The notes under the pieces are model-generated. The model saw only the letters and a program-made list of their open reading frames with translations, ran no database searches and was not told the origin of the DNA. This document shows positions 38,769-50,245 of a stretch of DNA of 64,000 bases, piece by piece; the stretch's first letter is position 1; each line of letters starts with the position of its first letter. Position numbers and translations under genes: made by a program. Origin of the DNA: a virus; the IMG/VR virus record IMGVR_UViG_3300046336_000034, positions 23,009-87,008 of that record, one strand, 5' to 3'.

Positions 38769-39524
38769 ATGAAACGTAATCTAAAAGTTCGAGAAGAAGT
38801 AGTTAAAAAGGAGAAGTTTGTTCGCCGCGAATTTCCTACTTTGCAAGCTAAGAATGAGTCTCAACGCTTGTTCATGGAAGCAATGATGTATGATTCCCTT
38901 GTTGTGGCTCATGGTTCAGCAGGTGTGGGTAAAACTATTCTAGCTTGTTATCATGCAGCAAAACAACTGAACACAGGTAAGATTAAAAAGATTGTTCTGA
39001 TTCGTGCCTATCAGCCCCTTGCGGGACGCTCTATTGGATTACTTCCCGGAACTGCCACTGAAAAATTAATGGGTTTTTACCAGCAGATGATTAATTACTT
39101 CGAGGATTGTTTAGGTAAATCATCTACAGAAATTCACATAAAGAACAGCACTATCGAGATTTGTTCCCTTGAGACAATTCGTGGACGTAGTTGGCAGGAC
39201 TGTATCGTGATTTGCGATGAAGCACAGAACCTATATGTGCAAGAGATTCAAGCACTGATGACACGGGCAGGAGATAGATGTCAGATGATTTTATGTGGGG
39301 ATGACTCAGGTATCCAGACAGATATTAAAAAAGGTATGGATGGCTTGACTTACCTAAAGAAAATTGTCAGTAAGTACAATATCTCAGACTCATCATTTAT
39401 TAGTTTTACTCGCGATGATATTGTTCGTTCAGGGATGACTAAAGAGTTTGTTATTGCCTTTGAGGAGGAGTTTTTACTTGACAAAGATGGGAAGGGAATT
39501 TTAAATGAAAAGGGGAAGAAGTAA
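38769..39524 (+). CDS. phoH: PhoH-family ATPase
   Basis: GSAGVGKT, IRGRS, DEAQN, GD..Q.D, DIVRS. Confidence 0.93.
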   Translation: MKRNLKVREEVVKKEKFVRREFPTLQAKNESQRLFMEAMMYDSLVVAHGSAGVGKTILACYHAAKQLNTGKIKKIVLIRAYQPLAGRSIGLLPGTATEKLMGFYQQMINYFEDCLGKSSTEIHIKNSTIEICSLETIRGRSWQDCIVICDEAQNLYVQEIQALMTRAGDRCQMILCGDDSGIQTDIKKGMDGLTYLKKIVSKYNISDSSFISFTRDDIVRSGMTKEFVIAFEEEFLLDKDGKGILNEKGKK

Positions 39525-40227
39525 TATGAGTAATTTTAAATTTGAGCAGTTAGTTCCTAAACGTCCTCTAAAACAAAAAAGCAGGTCAGATTACGATGAT
39601 GACGAAGACTTCGAGAGGACTAACTATCGTGGCGGTCTATTCTTCAAACGAAGTAACGCTGTAAGTTTTACTTATTATCTTGACAGTTCTATCGCTGCTC
39701 CTAGTAATTATCAATCTCTCTTGCACTGCCTCAATGAAATGCAAGAGTGCGACAGTCTTGATATTTATCTAAATAGTGGTGGTGGTCGGTTAGATAGTGC
39801 AATGGCTATTGTTGCTGGTATTAACAACACAGAAGGTAATGTAACTATTATTAGTAATGGTATGGCTGCTTCAGCAGCGGGAATTATCCTCTTACAAAGT
39901 CCTAATATTGTCATTACACCTATTAGTCAAATGATGTGCCATAATGCATCGTTCGGGAATTATGGAAAACTAGGTGAAATTGATGCTAATATCAGCTTTA
40001 GTAAAAAGTACATTGAAAGGTTAATGGATGAAACTTACTCTGGTTTTATGACAAAGGAAGAAATTAAGGATTTAAAGAAGGGTGTGGACTTCTATTTTGA
40101 TTCAGAAGAAATTATCCAACGACTAGGTGCAAGAGCTAAGTATCAAGATGAGATGGATGAGAGGATTAAAGCAGAAGAAGAGAAAGCTCTCAAGCCAAAA
40201 CCTAAGACAAAAGCTAAAGTTAAGTAA
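39505..40227 (+). CDS. ClpP-like serine protease
   Basis: LNSGGG, GMAASAA, MCHNAS; real start probably MSNF. Confidence 0.85.
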   Translation: MKRGRSNMSNFKFEQLVPKRPLKQKSRSDYDDDEDFERTNYRGGLFFKRSNAVSFTYYLDSSIAAPSNYQSLLHCLNEMQECDSLDIYLNSGGGRLDSAMAIVAGINNTEGNVTIISNGMAASAAGIILLQSPNIVITPISQMMCHNASFGNYGKLGEIDANISFSKKYIERLMDETYSGFMTKEEIKDLKKGVDFYFDSEEIIQRLGARAKYQDEMDERIKAEEEKALKPKPKTKAKVK

Positions 40228-40258
40228 GTCAGGTAACTACAGAGGAAAGGAGGGTAAT

Positions 40259-40312
40259 ATGTCCAAGAAGAAAGTTAAATCAAAAGGCAAGGCTGTTAAG
40301 AAGGCTAAGTAA
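40259..40312 (+). CDS. 17-aa Lys-rich peptide MSKKKVKSKGKAVKKAK
   Basis: Strong SD AAAGGAGG just upstream; followed by terminator. Confidence 0.45.
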   Translation: MSKKKVKSKGKAVKKAK

Positions 40313-40325
40313 ACCTTAAATAAAG

Positions 40326-40364
40326 AAACCCCAAAGAGCTTTACAGCCCTCTGGGGTTTTTCTT
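40326..40364 (+). terminator. Intrinsic terminator ending the plus-strand block
   Basis: aaacccca...tggggttt stem plus U tract. Confidence 0.7.
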
Positions 40365-41206
40365 CGTCTGAAATATCTATGTGTATTATTAACTAAGCAG
40401 TAAGTCAGTATTTGCTAACTTATAATTAAGCAATAGTGTTTTATGGATATTTCTAATTTTTAAAATTTTAAGGTCTTGTTAATTCATATAAAGATAGGTT
40501 TCTATATACAAAATATTCATAAAGCCTACAAATAGTAGGTCTGACGCGCAGATGTGGAGCTAAACGACTCGGAGCGATTAGAGCCTCTAGGAGGGATTAT
40601 ATGCTGAGTTGATGCTTAGATATAGGGGATTATTTTAAAACTTAAGGAGAGTCGTTTTAAGGGTGCTAAAGCTATCAGCAATGGTGAAAATATCTATGGG
40701 ATGGTTTATCTGTAGAGTGCTAACCTATTGAGGGGAATATCGTTACAAATGTTACTATAATTGCATGGGTGGAACTGATTACGAGATTTTGTAAAAGAGT
40801 ATGGAAAGGGTGCTTGATAGACCACCCCGCCCCTGCCCTGTACATTCCAGCAATTTTAAAATATCTGAGGTTTAATCAGTCAGATCAAAGGTTTACATTG
40901 TAGAGCCTATGCCATCATAAGCGGTGGATTAGATTTTAAGGGTTTTAATATTAGTTTAATATATTGATAGCATGTTTCATATTGTGATATTAAAGGGTAG
41001 AGGGCTTATAGTACGTGTACTTATTACCTCCGCCATGTATTACATTGCCGTACAGTACAAACCATGCCCCACATTATAACCCTCTATTGCATTTAATTAC
41101 TGCTTAGTATTTATTTGCACTTACAATTATATTGCACCTTATAAGCATCAACCTAAGGTTATATTATATCATAGATTGTAACAATAAGCAACACTCATAT
41201 TCATAA

Positions 41207-44200
41207 TTAAAAGTTTTCGCCCTCTTCGTTATCAGGTTTTATCTTATCTGCAAATTCAACGGCTAGTTTATGAATACGTTCTAAAGCTTCTAAGCGCTCA
41301 TCCTTAAGCTGTATTGTGAACAATAGAGAGTCAATCGCAATTAGTAATGCATCCTCCTTCGTTCGTGCTTTATAGGCTAGATTATTCTCTAAGCTCTTAC
41401 ACCATAACCAATACCTGTTGGCTTTATCTAATGTAAGATTGCATCCCTTTATAGTGCGTGTCACTCCGTCACTATCTCGGTAATCTAAGCTTCTATCTGA
41501 GTTTACAGTATTCATAATTTAACCTCTACATTATCAATATGTAAGTCACACCCTAAGTTAACTAGTTCAAGCGTAGCATCAATTGATAATTGATTGTATA
41601 CAGCGTAAGCCTCTATAGTTAACCAGTCATTAATATAATCTAAATAGAATTTAATTAGTGCATGTTTCATTTTAACCCTATTAATAAGAGCTTAAAATTA
41701 AGCCCCTAAGCCCTCGATTATAAGAACTTAGAGAATAATCTATTTATGCGTTAACTTGTCCCCAGTAGCCGTTATCTTCACCATCATTCCAAGGGGTATA
41801 CTTACCCTCATTGGATAGTGCAGATAAATAACCCGCAAATTGATGTTTATTCATAACATGTTTAATCATATCGTATGCATTAGGCAGATAAACCATATGG
41901 TTACTCTCTACACTCTGCACCAATGCCAACAATACAGCCGTTTTATAGTTACGTTCGTTTTTCAACATAGTAGCGAGTAAGTGATTTTTAACAATAGACA
42001 TAATTTATTTCCCTTAGTTACAGCATCAAATTAATGCCTGAGTGAATTATAACACGTAGAAAACCCGTATTTTCATTTTTTCATGTTAATAATTCATTCA
42101 TGATGGTAATAGTTTCAATAGATTTTAAAACCCTCTTTTTGTGCTTTTTTATCCCGTTGCACCCTTCCGCTATAAGCCTTATTTTCCCATGCTTGACGCT
42201 TATTCACGCCCTCACGCTTTGGCGTTTGGTTCCGTGCCACTTTATAAAATTCCGTAGTTTCCGTTTTCATTTAATTATCCCCTTTGATTTTATTACCATA
42301 AATAACAACATACACCACACCCAGCGCGAGCGCAAAAAGTACAATGTACCCTAATGCAATAAATGCTAAGCATATTTTAATAAACAGCATATTAATTATA
42401 CCCTAAAATTTTAGCAATCCGTTGTAGTTGTTCGTATTTGATGTAGTGACAACCTACAGTTATATTACCCGTAGTCTCGATTTTAGATAATGAATATACC
42501 CCTATGCGTTTGTTAAGTATTAGTTCACGTTTTGCACTAATAACACTATTCACTAACGCCCACAAATTAGCCGTCTGACTTACTGGAATCTCTGCACCTC
42601 TAGAGGTTTGCACGCTATCGCCTTTGATTCGTAGCAATGTATCAGATCTCACACCATAGCCAATATTATCCCGTGTACCCGCTAACCATTGATCAATTTT
42701 GACGTTGTTTTCAAGTGCATCCTCTATTTCCCGAGCTTTTCGCTTTGCTAGCTGTAAGCCTTGGCGTTCTTTTTCAGCTTGTTTTAATGCTCCGAAGTCA
42801 ACATTATCAAAAATAGATAAATCAATAATGTACTGATTATTTTCTGACAACTCACAATAGCGATTAAAACCCTTGACAATGCATAACGCTTGCGATAAAT
42901 AATATTCCTTTTTCGTTCGTGCTGTGCTTGCTAAACGAAACAAATCGTTAATTTGATTTTGAACTATTGTTTGATTGTCTAACGTGCTTTTCTCTACACA
43001 TGGAATAGATACAATCTCTAAATGCCTGCATGCTTGACGTAAATCTGATAAATGCTCCGACGTTGTCACGCTGTACTTATTAGAGGACTTTACAATCGCG
43101 CCATTAATACGCCTAGCAACTACCGTCCTATAACTAAAAAAGTTATCACCTCTGAAACTCACATTCCCCGCCCTGCCTTCAAATTGAACGTTATTTACGA
43201 AGTAGTGGCAAACCTCAGATGTGTTTTTAAGTGCTATTCTCATAATATATTAATCCAATATAACGGGTAAAATCACCCCCTAAGCTATCAATCAAAATAA
43301 CTTAGAGTCTAATTTTATTTTATGTAGTTTAGTCCTAAATCACGTCTAAGATAATTAGATGCTTCACCCTCTAGTAAGTAGGTATTAAATTTATCTAAAC
43401 TACCAAAAAGCGCCCTATAAAACCCGTAGTGTTGCAGTAGAACCAATGCCGCATTGTATGCATCATTATAGCTCAAATAATCCTGCAGTATATCACCACT
43501 TGAGAACATAAGATAGTATTCTTTACTAAATGGCTTATACCCTATAATGTACGGATATATCCCCCCGATAGAGTGATCTTGCAACCCTGAGCCGTTCGCT
43601 TGATGTCCTTGATATTGTGCCATGATGTTAACCCTTTGATTGATTCCAAGCTTTACAAGCTCGGTTAGATAGGTAATAAATTGCAGTATTATCGCTTATT
43701 CGATATTCTATCACGTTTATTTTTGCTTCGCTGTATGATGTAAATTCATCTACTGTTTCCAATATTTTACCGTCTCTTCTTTGAATGTAAACCATGTTAA
43801 AACCTCTATTGTTAGTGAATTATAACCCTATATTGCAAGGGTTAGCTATTGTTTAAGCGTTAAAATGAAAATAATCTAAATTAAAGTTTCCCCAATTTTC
43901 AGCATATAAACCGAGTAATTTTCCGTTAATGTAGCAAATACTAATGCAGTCCTGATTTAACTCTGTAGCTAAATTTTTAATATCTGACTCAAAGCAATCA
44001 ATTCTATATTCTGTATGATGCTTTAATTTCAATAATAATATCAGGGTTAACTCTACACCCTTTCCGTGTTTTACCGTTTTGTATTCATGCTTTACTATTG
44101 CACCGTGTCGTTCTAAGACGTTTTTAGTTATCTCAAAATAATCCAAGTCTGGATTATATACAAAATTGGTTGACTGATTTAAACCAATGTTCAAAATTAC

Positions 44201-44473
44201 ATGCATTTTGATTTTCCCTATGTAAACCCGTAAAATCTACGGTGATTAATTATAAAACGATAGACTTAGAATTTTACGATTCTAAGATGTAACAGTTTGT
44301 AAATGTTAACCCGCAAAATAAGCTATTGTAAGCAAGTAACCAATAGCCCCAAAAATCAAAACGAACCGCGCAAGCCCTGAAATAGAGGCTTCATTTTTAC
44401 TTACTTTGAAGTTATGACGTTTGATTGTATTTTGTAGCTGTTGGCTTGCTACGTATTCACTACGGTTTACCAT
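41207..44473 (-). other. Leftward block of small pre-early-like hypothetical CDS (41207-41515, 41744-42001, 42392-43243, 43315-43623, 43853-44206 and shorter ORFs)
   Basis: ORF track; loosely spaced genes with AGGGTTAA-type RBS and hairpins between them. Confidence 0.6.
42392..43243 (-). CDS. Hypothetical protein, 283 aa
   Basis: Long ORF; VQTSRGAEIP and TVGCH motifs; no function recognised. Confidence 0.7.
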   Translation of the reverse strand: MRIALKNTSEVCHYFVNNVQFEGRAGNVSFRGDNFFSYRTVVARRINGAIVKSSNKYSVTTSEHLSDLRQACRHLEIVSIPCVEKSTLDNQTIVQNQINDLFRLASTARTKKEYYLSQALCIVKGFNRYCELSENNQYIIDLSIFDNVDFGALKQAEKERQGLQLAKRKAREIEDALENNVKIDQWLAGTRDNIGYGVRSDTLLRIKGDSVQTSRGAEIPVSQTANLWALVNSVISAKRELILNKRIGVYSLSKIETTGNITVGCHYIKYEQLQRIAKILGYN

Positions 44474-44838
44474 GATATTAACCCTTTGGTGTATGGCTTG
44501 CGGTATTGCCTGCCATGCTTAGATTGTACAAGTAACCCCGTTAATATTTCATTAATAACGGTAAAATACTAGAATATTACAAAACGCAACCGCAAGGATG
44601 CGGATTGCTTACAATTCACCTCTATTTTGTTACACTTTCCGAGAATTTGCCACTTCTAGGCACTTATAAGCCCTTCAACATATATTGCCATTAAAAAATT
44701 TATTCATGCGCACCAGCGCGTTTTGTCTCTAAAATACAACAAAATGTTACATCTTGTTACACCTAAAATTTTAAATTATGGTATGCATTCTAAGTCAAAA
44801 TTTTAGCTAACATACTAGGATTGGATTGTCAAAGGGTT

Positions 44839-44901
44839 TTACACTTTGTTACGCATTTTACAAACTGTTGCACTTGTTACAATTACTTACACATTGTTAC
44901 A
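44839..44901. repeat. Phased TTAC(A) array, 7 units at 9-10 bp
   Basis: Units start at 44839, 44849, 44858, 44868 (TTGCA), 44877, 44887, 44897. Confidence 0.65.
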
Positions 44902-45223
44902 CTTTATATTTTCCTAGCATGTTCTTTATGCATTGTCAACCAATGTTACACTTTATTACATAATATTACTATTTGTAGCACATTCTAGGTTTTAAGGCGT
45001 TCTAAGCTTGTATTTTGCTTTACTTACTCGTGGTATTAAACTCAAAAAATAGCCCGTTAGGGGCTTATCTGGGGCGTTGGTTTTATACGACAGTTGTTGC
45101 AAATAGTTACAATTCAATTAATTATTTTGTAGAATAGCTCAAATTATCTATATAATTACAGTTATGCAATATTGAAAGTTAATCAATGTCTGATTAACGC
45201 CTTGCATTTTATAGGGTTAAATT

Positions 45224-45403
45224 ATGAATACTTACAATTGCTTATATAAGGGAAAATTCATAGAGGTTCTAGCCTCTACATCATACGCCGCACAATGCGA
45301 AGCCGTCAAAATTTTCAAAGCTAAAAAGTCCTTTGATGTTAGCGTGTATCTGGTGCAATTAGCTAATAGTAGCGAGGTAGTAACGCAAGTTATAACTAAC
45401 TAA
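45224..45403 (+). CDS. Hypothetical protein, 59 aa
   Basis: MNTYNCLYKGK...; RBS AGGGTTAA; below track cut-off. Confidence 0.55.
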   Translation: MNTYNCLYKGKFIEVLASTSYAAQCEAVKIFKAKKSFDVSVYLVQLANSSEVVTQVITN

Positions 45404-45405
45404 TT

Positions 45406-45612
45406 ATGTCTGCATTCAAAGTATATCCACGTAAAATAGACGTTTATTTCTTAACGTCTAATGAATCACTAACAACTATTAAAACAAATAATACAGGGCT
45501 TTACTGGAAATACACACATAGCACTAACGCATATGCCACATGTAAAGCCGCTATTGTAGGCGCTAAACTTGCCAACCCTTTGAGAGAATATAAAGCGAAT
45601 TTTAGCCGCTAA
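45406..45612 (+). CDS. Hypothetical protein
   Basis: ORF track; followed by terminator. Confidence 0.6.
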   Translation: MSAFKVYPRKIDVYFLTSNESLTTIKTNNTGLYWKYTHSTNAYATCKAAIVGAKLANPLREYKANFSR

Positions 45613-45630
45613 TTTAACCCTCTACAATCT

Positions 45631-45654
45631 AGCCCGCTATTTGCGGGCTTTTTC
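45631..45654 (+). terminator. Intrinsic terminator
   Basis: agcccgc-tattt-gcgggct plus tttt. Confidence 0.75.
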
Positions 45655-45720
45655 ACGCCTGTATATTACTAATTAGTCATAATCTAACCTATTGGATTAT
45701 TTTATAACTTAATAGTAATT

Positions 45721-45807
45721 AATGTTACAGTTGCTTACACTTCGTTACATCTTGTTACACTCTGAAACATTTTGTTACAATTGTAAGTTTTGTAACCGAA
45801 TGTAACA
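45721..45807. repeat. Phased (G)TTACA array: six direct units at exact 10 bp period then three inverted units
   Basis: aatgttacag ttgcttacac ttcgttacat cttgttacac tctgaaacat tttgttacaa then tgtaag, tgtaac, tgtaac. Confidence 0.75.
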
Positions 45808-45995
45808 ATCCAAGCGCAGAAGGGTGGGTGGGATTTCTAAATCGAAAGCGCTATAGCGACTTTTCAGTTCAAAATAAATAACAAGCACAAATGGTGCATG
45901 GGTTTTTGGTTTAAAATTGAACGTGTTTGATAGTGCTTACAAGGCTTTTTAGACGAAGAAAAACCCCAAAGGTTTTCACCAGCGGGGTTTGTGAA

Positions 45996-46787
45996 TTATT
46001 TAGTTGTATCTCTATAAAATCTCCCGTGAGCAATCTTCGCAAAATCATTGTAAACCTTAGAGGCTTCCTCTGGTGTATCGAAGTAACCTAGATGGGTTTT
46101 AATATAATTCACACAACACTGTGCTTGCCACTTCTGCCTTTGTTTACTCCGACTTACACCCTTAAAACCTGATGTGTTAGTTGACCTGATTTTCTGGTTG
46201 TGAAGATTCTCTGTATTCGAGACTTCCCTTAAATTAATTAACCTGTTATCGTTTCTTATTCCGTTAATATGGTCTATGTATTTAGTGGGGAAAACACCGT
46301 GAACATACAACCACACTAACCTATGTGCCCGATGAAGCTGATTATTTACAAGTATGTTTAAGTACCCTTCATCATTAACCGTAGCTCCAACAGGTGTGTT
46401 TTTAGGAAATACCCTATCAAATAGCCCAGTTTCTTCGTTGTAACTTAATCTCTTTTTTAATTCAAACTGCGTAAGTGTATTGTTCTCGTTGTTAAGTAGC
46501 ACCAAATTCTCAAATCTATTATCAGATTTAACCCCATTTAGGTGAGCAATTTTACCAGAAGGTTGACTTTTTGTGTTTAAAATCCAAACAATAATATGCT
46601 CAAGATACGTTACACCGCCTATGGTGAGTTGCCTTGCGCCATCCGCTCTCAGAAAGCCTACACACTTGGTTATGTCCCTTCCTTGTTTTCCTTGTTTCCA
46701 GAACAGTTCTCCAGTGCAAATAACATAAGACAGTGTCGCGTCTAATTGCTCAAAAGTTAATACCCTCTTCTTATTTTTTCCACTCAT
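45996..46787 (-). CDS. HNH endonuclease with tandem HNH domains plus AP2-like
   Basis: Start probably MSGKNKK; first copy IAHLNGVKSDNRFENL, second IDHINGIRNDNRLINLR. Confidence 0.85.
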   Translation of the reverse strand: MSGKNKKRVLTFEQLDATLSYVICTGELFWKQGKQGRDITKCVGFLRADGARQLTIGGVTYLEHIIVWILNTKSQPSGKIAHLNGVKSDNRFENLVLLNNENNTLTQFELKKRLSYNEETGLFDRVFPKNTPVGATVNDEGYLNILVNNQLHRAHRLVWLYVHGVFPTKYIDHINGIRNDNRLINLREVSNTENLHNQKIRSTNTSGFKGVSRSKQRQKWQAQCCVNYIKTHLGYFDTPEEASKVYNDFAKIAHGRFYRDTTK

Positions 46788-47010
46788 ACTACAGCCCCTC
46801 TTTGTTAAAAAGGAGATTTTAACACAAATTCTCATAAAATTCCTAGAATTATCCTGAAATCCTACGAAATTTCTGCAAAATAATCCAAATTCCTATAAAA
46901 ATTTTCCAGAATACTCTTGAATTTCTTCAGAATACTCCAGAAAAGTTTTGGCTTATTGCATTTTCTTCACATTGGGCAATGTCTTGTCGGACGACCAATG
47001 TGGTTTTTTT

Positions 47011-48602
47011 TTACTTACCTAACTTCTTATCTAAACGAGCCTTAGAGCGTTTAACCTGACGAGTCTTAACCTCTTGGTTATGCACACCAATCTCAATCTC
47101 TGGTGTTGTAATCATTTTAGGGTAGCTTTTCTTAGCCTTAACTACACCCTCTACAACAGGTGTTACCACCTTTGCAATCAAGGACTTCATCAATACGCTT
47201 ACAGCGCGGCTTGCATTTGGATTAAAATTCATATTATTCTCCTTTAATTATTGACCAATAGGATTGACAACGTACACGTCCTGAAGACCAAGCACACCAA
47301 TGTTTTGTTTGTATGCCACAACATCTTGATACGTGTCAAGAGTCTGGAACTCGTAATTGTCTTTGCAATAATCAGGGTGATGTTCTTTCAGAACTACAAC
47401 GTACTTACCTGAGTGGCGAAGTGCATTGATTTTCTCTGACTGAGCAGCCAAGATTTGTGAACGATTGTTTGAAATGTGACCTAGCATGTTAAATACTCCT
47501 TTTAAAATAAACCGAAGATTCGGTGGTAGAGGGTTATCCCCTGTGAAACTCTATTGTACCCTAAATTCTAAGATTCTGGTGAAATTCTACAAAATATTTG
47601 TAAAAAATTGTTTCAAGTCCATGCAACTTGAATAACTCATCTCTTGTGTATCCCCTTGCTTCAAGGTGTACTGATACTTCTGTACCATTTTGTACGTCCT
47701 GTAATAAATACCAACCTCGTACGGGAATAGTAACACTTTGGATATTTTTAAGAATGATATTACCTTTACTCATTGTAAAAAATTCCTTCCACAAGAAGTA
47801 GAGTGTTCTCTAACTGCTCAATCTTATTTGCAGCTTCTTCAAGTAAGTCCGACAATTTATCAGGCTCACCAGTTTGAACGGACTTACGGGTAGGGATATT
47901 CCTTCGGATATCTGCTCTGATGCGGAGACGTTCCACAAGGGTTTGTTCAGTTGCATCAGTCATAGCATAGGGTTGTAGATATTAAAAGTAAAACTACCTG
48001 ATTTATTTCTAACACAAGTAACATAAGTAACTTCGTTCGTCTCTTTGTCCGTGTAAGTAGTCACCGAGCAATAGCATGTGCCAAAGTCTGAGATAAGACC
48101 TCCTTCGATAACTTGATGAACAAGTCGTAAAGCTCTTAGGTCATCTGAGTTAGATGCATTATTGATAATGTATTTCATACTAAATCCTCCGTCAAACTGC
48201 AGAAAATCCCTGTAACCTGTACAGCGTACTTAGATTGAACCCAGACTAACCATAACTGATTCTTTAAGCACATAACTCTAGGTAGCTCAAGCATCCATGT
48301 GGGCTTTTCTTCTGCTCTTGCAAGGGATGTACCTCCACCTAGGAGAAAACCCACTAAGCAAGCTGTGATTAATTGATTCTTAAATTTCATATTTAGAACT
48401 CCTTTGGATTAATAGTTGTCTCTATGAACGCACTTACATCATTAATTCGAGTCTCATATCCAAGTGGAGCTTTGAGAGTGTAAGAACACAATGGAATTTT
48501 ATTCTCAGCCTCACAATGTCTAAGCGTTACTTCCACAACCCAGTCCCCTTCTTCAATAATAAACAACGAAGGGTAAAATGATTTAAGTACGTGTAGACTC
48601 AT
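47011..48602 (-). other. Run of seven small hypothetical CDS
   Basis: ORF track 47011-47232, 47248-47487, 47561-47794, 47766-47963, 47960-48178, 48175-48390, 48393-48602. Confidence 0.6.
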
Positions 48603-48790
48603 GCTTGCACTGCCTTTGTGTTATCAGTGAAAGCCCAAAGCAAGGCGGCAATCCAACCTAAGAATGTCCAACCTAATAGTAGATTAAGAACAATAATCGC
48701 GGGTTTGTTTTTATGCTCACGAGATGATGCTACCACTGAGGGCAGAAAATACATTAGAAGAATAAAACCCAGAAATATATAACCTTCCAT
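48599..48790 (-). CDS. imm: Superinfection immunity protein (T4 Imm-like)
   Basis: YFLPSVVA..R.H.N...I.VLNLLLGWTFLGWIAALLWA. Confidence 0.88.
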   Translation of the reverse strand: MEGYIFLGFILLMYFLPSVVASSREHKNKPAIIVLNLLLGWTFLGWIAALLWAFTDNTKAVQA

Positions 48791-48846
48791 AATTAACTCC
48801 TTATTTTGTTGTAGTGATTGAATTATACCATTGAAATCTTACAAGA

Positions 48847-49356
48847 TTATTGGTTTTTAAGATTTTTTACAATCTTCCTTTTAAAACTGTAGAAATAATG
48901 TTGACCTATCTTCCCATGCAACTTCATCACCTTTGACCAAGCTGGTTGCACACTTGCATTATGAAACGACACAATATTCTTAGGTAGGGTAGGTTTGTAT
49001 CCTTCACTAAGAGCCTCTGTAGCGATTACTTTAGCTTTCTGATACGCAGCTAAGTCCTCGGTTTTAAAACCTCTTAAATCTTCGCTCAAGACCTTCTTAG
49101 AGCGTTTATCGCCCTTCACCCAAGAGAACTGTTGCTTTTGTTTAACAACCTCACAGATGCTCTCAGGGAATGCTTGATGCTTAGTGCGATTAAGAGTTAT
49201 ATCTGCAATAGCTTTCATCCCTTTAGTAGACTCGCCCCTAGCCTCGAAAAAGATATTAGCTGTTAAGCACTGAAGTTCCGTAGGAGTTTCAGCAGTAATT
49301 CCTGAAATGGAGGTGAACATTCCTAAAATTATTAGAAACTTAAGTAATTGACTCAT
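48847..49356 (-). CDS. SleB/Hydrolase_2 family cell wall hydrolase
   Basis: CLTANIFFEARGE, NR...FPESICEVVKQ..QFSW, IGQHYFY; N-terminal hydrophobic stretch. Confidence 0.9.
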   Translation of the reverse strand: MSQLLKFLIILGMFTSISGITAETPTELQCLTANIFFEARGESTKGMKAIADITLNRTKHQAFPESICEVVKQKQQFSWVKGDKRSKKVLSEDLRGFKTEDLAAYQKAKVIATEALSEGYKPTLPKNIVSFHNASVQPAWSKVMKLHGKIGQHYFYSFKRKIVKNLKNQ

Positions 49357-50245
49357 ACTTCATTTTCCAATATTCACCTGCTTCGATCTCGTCGTCCACA
49401 TTCGATTCTAACATAGACACTTTCTCTTCTAAGTCGTCAACTTTATCCAGCAATTCCTCAATCATCTCAGGTGAGAGATAATTATGGAGTTTAAAATGCT
49501 CGCGGTAGCTGTTGTTAACGGATTTGTACTCTTTGTTCATATATTCTCCTTTTTATTTACTTCTTTTTACCAGACTATGTTAGTCAAGTAAAGCTTAAAC
49601 TCAATATTTGGGAATTGCTTCTTGAGTTCATTGCTAAGCTCAATAGACTCATCTATTTTCTCTAAAGTAATTTCCCGTAATGACGAGGGCTGAGTCAAGA
49701 ACTTACCTACAATATTCTCGTTCCTGTTAGAATCATAGTAGATACTTCCAATGTCTAGCCCACCATTATCAATTAACTCTTCGAACTCCTCAAATGAGTT
49801 CTCACCTTCTGGTAGTGCACTAACAAACTCATCATAAGGTAAGCCTACCATCAAACTGCACTCTGTACTAATTCCCATTATATTCTCCTTAAAATTTGAA
49901 AATCCCTAGTAACCTATTACTCAAGTCAGGCTTTATTGTATCAATGATTTCACCATCTTTCAAGCAAAAACTATGCTGTTGTGTAATTACAACATAAGTA
50001 CCTTGCTTCAACCTGTAGTCGTTTAAGCTCTCGCAAATAAACAGCTTGCCCCCTGCTCTCATTGCACCAGCAGCAGCCATACGGACATTCATAGGTAGAC
50101 CGTTAGTTCTTCCTAAGTCTTTCATAATCTGATGCACTTCTTCGTAGGACTTACTTGATGCATTAGCGACAGAACGGACAGAGCAATCTTCTTTTTCAGG
50201 TAGATGCTTTGGTGTAGTTACACCTTTGTGAGATAGTTTAAACAT
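49340..50245 (-). other. Three small hypothetical CDS (49340-49540, 49567-49878, 49889-50245)
   Basis: ORF track with SD sequences; last has DCSVRS...H motif. Confidence 0.6.

Noticed and set aside
44740-45807. CRISPR or guide-RNA array
   Set aside because: Repeat unit is 5-7 bp with ~10 bp period; no spacers and no cas-like gene
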